Shown piece by piece: positions 60,160 through 64,000 of a DNA stretch of 64,000 bases; the stretch's first letter is position 1; each line of letters begins with the position of its first letter. The notes under the pieces were generated by a model. It searched no databases. It had not been told where the DNA came from and saw nothing but the letters and a program-made list of their open reading frames with translations. Position numbers and translations under genes: made by a program. The stretch comes from an uncultured Candidatus Rokubacteria bacterium (GTDB taxonomy: Bacteria; Methylomirabilota; Methylomirabilia; Rokubacteriales; CSP1-6): NCBI GenBank assembly GCA_963771355.1, contig CAVYTA010000004.1, forward strand, positions 1 through 64,000, written 5' to 3'.

Positions 60160-60407
60160 CGCCGGCCTCGCCGAGCTCGCGTCCGGTTTTTCCTTCGTCG
60201 GCTGCTCTTTGCGCGGTCCGGAGCCGCTTCTGATCCAGCCGGGCGCATTCTTGAGGGCATCTTGAGCCGGCCTCCGCCTAGGCTTCGGCGGCGAGGATCG
60301 GTCTCGCGATACCGCTGGTGCATGTCTTCGACATCGCCCGTCAGCCTCGACGGGCTGGTGACCGACCGATCCCCGCTATACTGGGCCCGGCCCTGGGAGA
60401 TCGTGAC

Positions 60408-61172
60408 ATGGAGCGATGGGAGCGAACGCAGTTGTGGGCCCCGCTGGCCGCGCTGGGCGCGGTGGCGCTGGGCGTGCTGCTCACGCCGCTGCGCGAGGCC
60501 ACCTCCGCTTCCAATCTGGCCTTCGTCTTCCTGGCCTTCACCATCGTCGTAGCCGAGCTGGGCGGGGCGCTCCCCGCCCTCGTGGCGGCCCTGGTCTCCG
60601 CGATGAGCCTGAATTTCTTCCTCACCGAGCCGTACCTCACCCTGTCGATCAGCAAGACCGACGACCTCATTGCCTTCGTGGCCCTCGCCGCGTGCGGTCT
60701 CATCGCGGCAGCCTTCGGCTCGCGGCGCGAGCGGTGGTCCCGGGCGGCGGGGCGCGCGCACGAGGAGATCACCCTGCTCCGTCGGCTGGTGGACCAGGTG
60801 CGGGGCCGCGCCGCATTGGACCGGGTGCTCGGCGATCTCGCCCGCGTGTTCCGGCTGGGGGCGGTGGTGCTTCGCGACGCGGACGGGCGGGTGGTGGCAG
60901 TGACGCCGCCGGAGGCGGGGACCAGCGCGCGGCCGGAAACCGAGATTACGCTGGATTCGCCACTGCCCGCCGCCGCCACCCTTCACCGCTTCGGCTCCCG
61001 TGGGCTTCGCCTCCCCGAGGGAGGGGGCCGGCTCCGTCTCGAGACCAATCGCGGGCCCATGGAGCTCGACCTGTGGGAAGGCGATCCCCGGGGGTTCGAC
61101 ATCGATCAGTGGCGGACGCTGCAGATCGCGGTGGCTATCCTGGGGCTCCGCCTTCCACGCGCGCCCGCGTGA
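60408..61172 (+). CDS. DUF4118 membrane protein without kinase domain
   Basis: NFFLTEPYLTLSI four-TM motif. Confidence 0.75.
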   Translation: MERWERTQLWAPLAALGAVALGVLLTPLREATSASNLAFVFLAFTIVVAELGGALPALVAALVSAMSLNFFLTEPYLTLSISKTDDLIAFVALAACGLIAAAFGSRRERWSRAAGRAHEEITLLRRLVDQVRGRAALDRVLGDLARVFRLGAVVLRDADGRVVAVTPPEAGTSARPETEITLDSPLPAAATLHRFGSRGLRLPEGGGRLRLETNRGPMELDLWEGDPRGFDIDQWRTLQIAVAILGLRLPRAPA

Positions 61173-62731
61173 GCAGCCAGCGCTCGCATCCGGACGCGCT
61201 CCTCGCGCGCGCGAAGGCGCTTGACTGGCGCTGGTATGGACCCGCGGTGGGAGTAGTGGGTGTCTGCACCGGCGTCGCGTGGCTGATGTTTCCCTATTTG
61301 AGCTCGTCGAATCTCATCATGGTGTACCTGCTCGGCGTGGTCGGCGGTGGCCACGCGCGCCTCCCGCGGGCCCGACGGTGCTGGCGTCCGTGCTCAGCGT
61401 CGTCGCCTTCGATTTCTTCTTCGTGCCGCCGTACCTCTCGTTCGCGGTGTCGGACACCGAGCACCTCTTGACCTTCGCGTGATGCTGCGTGGTGGCGCTG
61501 GTGACCAGCGGGCTCACCGTCCGCATCCGGGCCCAGGTCGAGGCGGCGCGCCAGCGGGAGCGGCGGATCGCGGCGCTGTACGGCATGAGCCGGAAGCTGG
61601 CCGAGCGTGCACGGGGTCGACGATCTCCTGGAGATCGCCTTGCGCCACATGGGCGAGGTCTTCTCCGGCCAGATCGCCGCTGCTCCTGCGCCGATGGGAG
61701 CGGGCACGGTGGCCCCGCGCCGCGTGGCCCCCGAGGGCATGGCGATGGGCGCGACCGAGCGGGGGTGGCCCAGTGGGCGTTCGAGCACCGGGAGGTCGCC
61801 GGGTCTGGGCACGGCCACCTTGCCGGGCGCCCGCGCGCTGTGCGTTCCGCTGGCCGGCCCGCGCGGCGCGGTGGGCGTGCTCGCGATCGTCCCCGCGGAC
61901 GGGCACGCCTTCGAGATCCCCGAGGCCCTCCACCAGCTCGAGACCTTCGCCAACCAGACGGCCCTGGCCATCGAGCGGGCGCAGCTGGCCGACGAGGCGC
62001 GGCGCGCCGAGGTCCGGGCGGAGACGGAGCGGATGCGCAACTCGCTCCTGAGCTCGGTCTCCCACGACCTCCGAACGCCGCTCGCCACCATCATCGGGGC
62101 TTCCAGCGGCCTCCTCGACGGCGCCGAGCGACTCGATTCTGCCACGCGTCGCGACTCGTCCGCTCCATCCACGGGGAGGCCAGCCATCTCGACCGGCTGG
62201 TGAACAGCCTGCTCGAGATGACCCGGCTCGAATCCGGCGCGGTCACCATCCGCAGGGAGCCGCAGGCGCTCGACGGCGTGCTGGGGGCCGCGCTCCAGCG
62301 ACTGGAGACTCTCCTGCGGGACCGGCCGGTGCGCGTGGATCTGCCTGCCGATTTCCCGCTCGTGCCCATCGACGCGGTGCTGGTCGAGCAGGTACTTCTC
62401 AATCTGCTGGACAATGCGACGCGGTACTCCGCCGCGGGCAGCCCGATCGACATCTCGGCCAAAGTGGCGGGAGCTCGAGGTCGTGGTGGAGGTGAGCGAC
62501 CGGGGGCCGGGTTTCGCGCCCGGCGACGAGCAGCGGGCGTTCGAGAAGTTCTACCGGGGCCGCTCCGCCGCGTGCGCGGGGTCGGGCTCGGTCTGGCGAT
62601 CTGCCGGGCCATCGTCGAGATCCACGGCGGCACGCATCACCGCGGAGAACCGGTCGGGGGGCGGGGCCACGATCCGGTTCACGCTGCCGCTCGAAGGCTC
62701 CCCCCGGGGCCGGGGGCTCTCCGATGGCTGA
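61169..62731 (+). CDS. kdpD: KdpD-like sensor kinase (DUF4118-GAF-HisKA-HATPase), multiple frameshifts
   Basis: FDFFFVPPY, LLSSVSHDLRTPL, NLLDNA, SDRGPG. Confidence 0.78.
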
Positions 62732-63465
62732 GCCGGCGAGCAGCTGCCGGCGACCCCTTCGACGCCCGGGGCCGGTGGTGGTACTGATCGAGGACGCGCC
62801 GGAGATCCGGCGGTTTCTCCGGGCCACCCTGACCGGGCATGGCTACCGCCTGGTGGAGGCGGAGACCGGGCGGGAAGGGCTGCAGGCCGCGGAGACACGC
62901 CAGCCCGATCTCATCATCCTCGACCTGGGATTGCCCGACCTCGACGGGCTCGAGGTGATCCGGCGGCTGCGCGAGTGGACGGCGGTCCCCATCCTGGTGC
63001 TCTCGGCGCGCGGCCAGGAGGCCGACAAGGTGGCCGCGCTGGACGCGGGCGCCGACGACTATGTGGGCAAGCCGTTCGGAGTGGGCGAGCTGCTCGCCCG
63101 CATGCGCGTCTCGCTGCGCCACGCGGAGCGAACGGTCCGGGACGTGGAGGAGCGGAGCGTACCAGGCGGGCGACTCGTGGTGGATCTGCGCGCACCGGCG
63201 CGTCACCGTGAAGGGGCAGGCCGTGCACCTCACGCCTATCGAGTACCGGCTGCTGACCACCCTCATCAAGCATGCGGGCAAGGTGCTCACCCACAAGCAG
63301 CTGCTCAAGGAGGTGTGGGGGCGTCCCTACGACGATCAGCCGCACTATCTTCACGTCTTCATGAACCAGCTCAGGCGGAAGATCGAGCCCGATCCCGCGC
63401 GGCCGCGCCATCTCCTGACCGAGCCGGGAGTGGGTTACCGCCTGGCTGGCCCGCCGGAGGACTAG
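62724..63465 (+). CDS. kdpE: KdpE-like response regulator, frameshifted
   Basis: ILDLGLPDLDG, HLTPIEY, GKVLTHKQLL, TEPGVGYR. Confidence 0.85.
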
Positions 63466-64000
63466 GGCCGCAGTCCCTCGCGCAGCTCGCGGGTAAGGGC
63501 TTCCACGGTGCCGCGGGTACCACCCGCGAGCTTGGACTTCCACTCGCCCTCGGTCTCGAAGCGGCGGTCGCGCAGCCGGTCGCCCCAGGGCTTCACCGCC
63601 TCGCGGATGGCGTGGAAGTCATAGGCGTCCTTGCGCAGCTCGCGGGCGCGGGCCATCACGTCCGGCGCCACGCGGATGAAGGCGCGGAGCGCGGCGCCGG
63701 TCTTGATGGAGTACTTGCGCCCCACCCAGGCGGTCGGGAAGATGCCCGCCACCGCCTTCATGTAGTTGAGGAAGAAGCGCTTGGCCCCCTGCCGCAGCTC
63801 GTTCATCCGCGCGCCGCCCCCGATCTTCTCCACCGTCTCGAGGAAGTCCACGATCTCCTCGGCCAGCGGGGCCTGCGACACCCGTCCGCGCCCGGTGCCG
63901 AGCATCTTGATCTCGCCCACCAGCGGCGAGGTCTCGTCCTCGTTGAGCGACCGGATCACGTCGTGCGCGAGGGCCTGGTTGGGGTCGGGGTAGAGCTTGC
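63462..64000 (-). CDS. C-terminal part of a probable DGQHR/DndB-like protein (start outside window)
   Basis: LNEDETSPL..EIKMLG, FFLNYMKAV..FPTAW resemble DGQHR C-termini; the motif itself is not in the window. Confidence 0.5.
   Translation of the reverse strand, partial: KLYPDPNQALAHDVIRSLNEDETSPLVGEIKMLGTGRGRVSQAPLAEEIVDFLETVEKIGGGARMNELRQGAKRFFLNYMKAVAGIFPTAWVGRKYSIKTGAALRAFIRVAPDVMARARELRKDAYDFHAIREAVKPWGDRLRDRRFETEGEWKSKLAGGTRGTVEALTRELREGLRP

Noticed and set aside
61480..61482. TGA in the kdpD-like gene as Sec
   Set aside because: Arises from a missing base in GCG GTG ATG; not a Cys position

Overview
GC-rich bacterial chromosome segment. The gene families suggest Ca. Rokubacteria/Methylomirabilota, but this is inference only. 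Core blocks are amidase-rph-rdgB-pirin, rhodanese-MoeB, rmlA/C/B, an HD phosphohydrolase, gcdH, an MFS transporter, trmI, an NCS2 permease, MBOAT/SGNH, ppiD, an RND pump, greA and kdpD/E-like genes. Two tRNA-anchored islands bounded by direct repeats interrupt these blocks: tRNA-Pro(TGG) 10030-13486 with no integrase, and tRNA-Arg(TCT) 27117-31190 with a decayed tyrosine integrase, an IS481 stub and an internally deleted IS1202-like element. Notable items: (1) four tandem lipoprotein paralogs with near-invariant beta-strand frameworks and four hypervariable loops, translationally coupled to an SBP/histidine kinase/response regulator operon; (2) an in-frame UGA at the conserved MoeB Cys followed by a SECIS-like hairpin, so probably a selenoprotein; (3) a second in-frame UGA in a patatin lipoprotein; (4) a dimethylformamidase-like/TcuA-like catabolic operon; (5) six sigma54 promoters in front of small orphan genes. 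Clustered single-base indels in several genes look like assembly errors.
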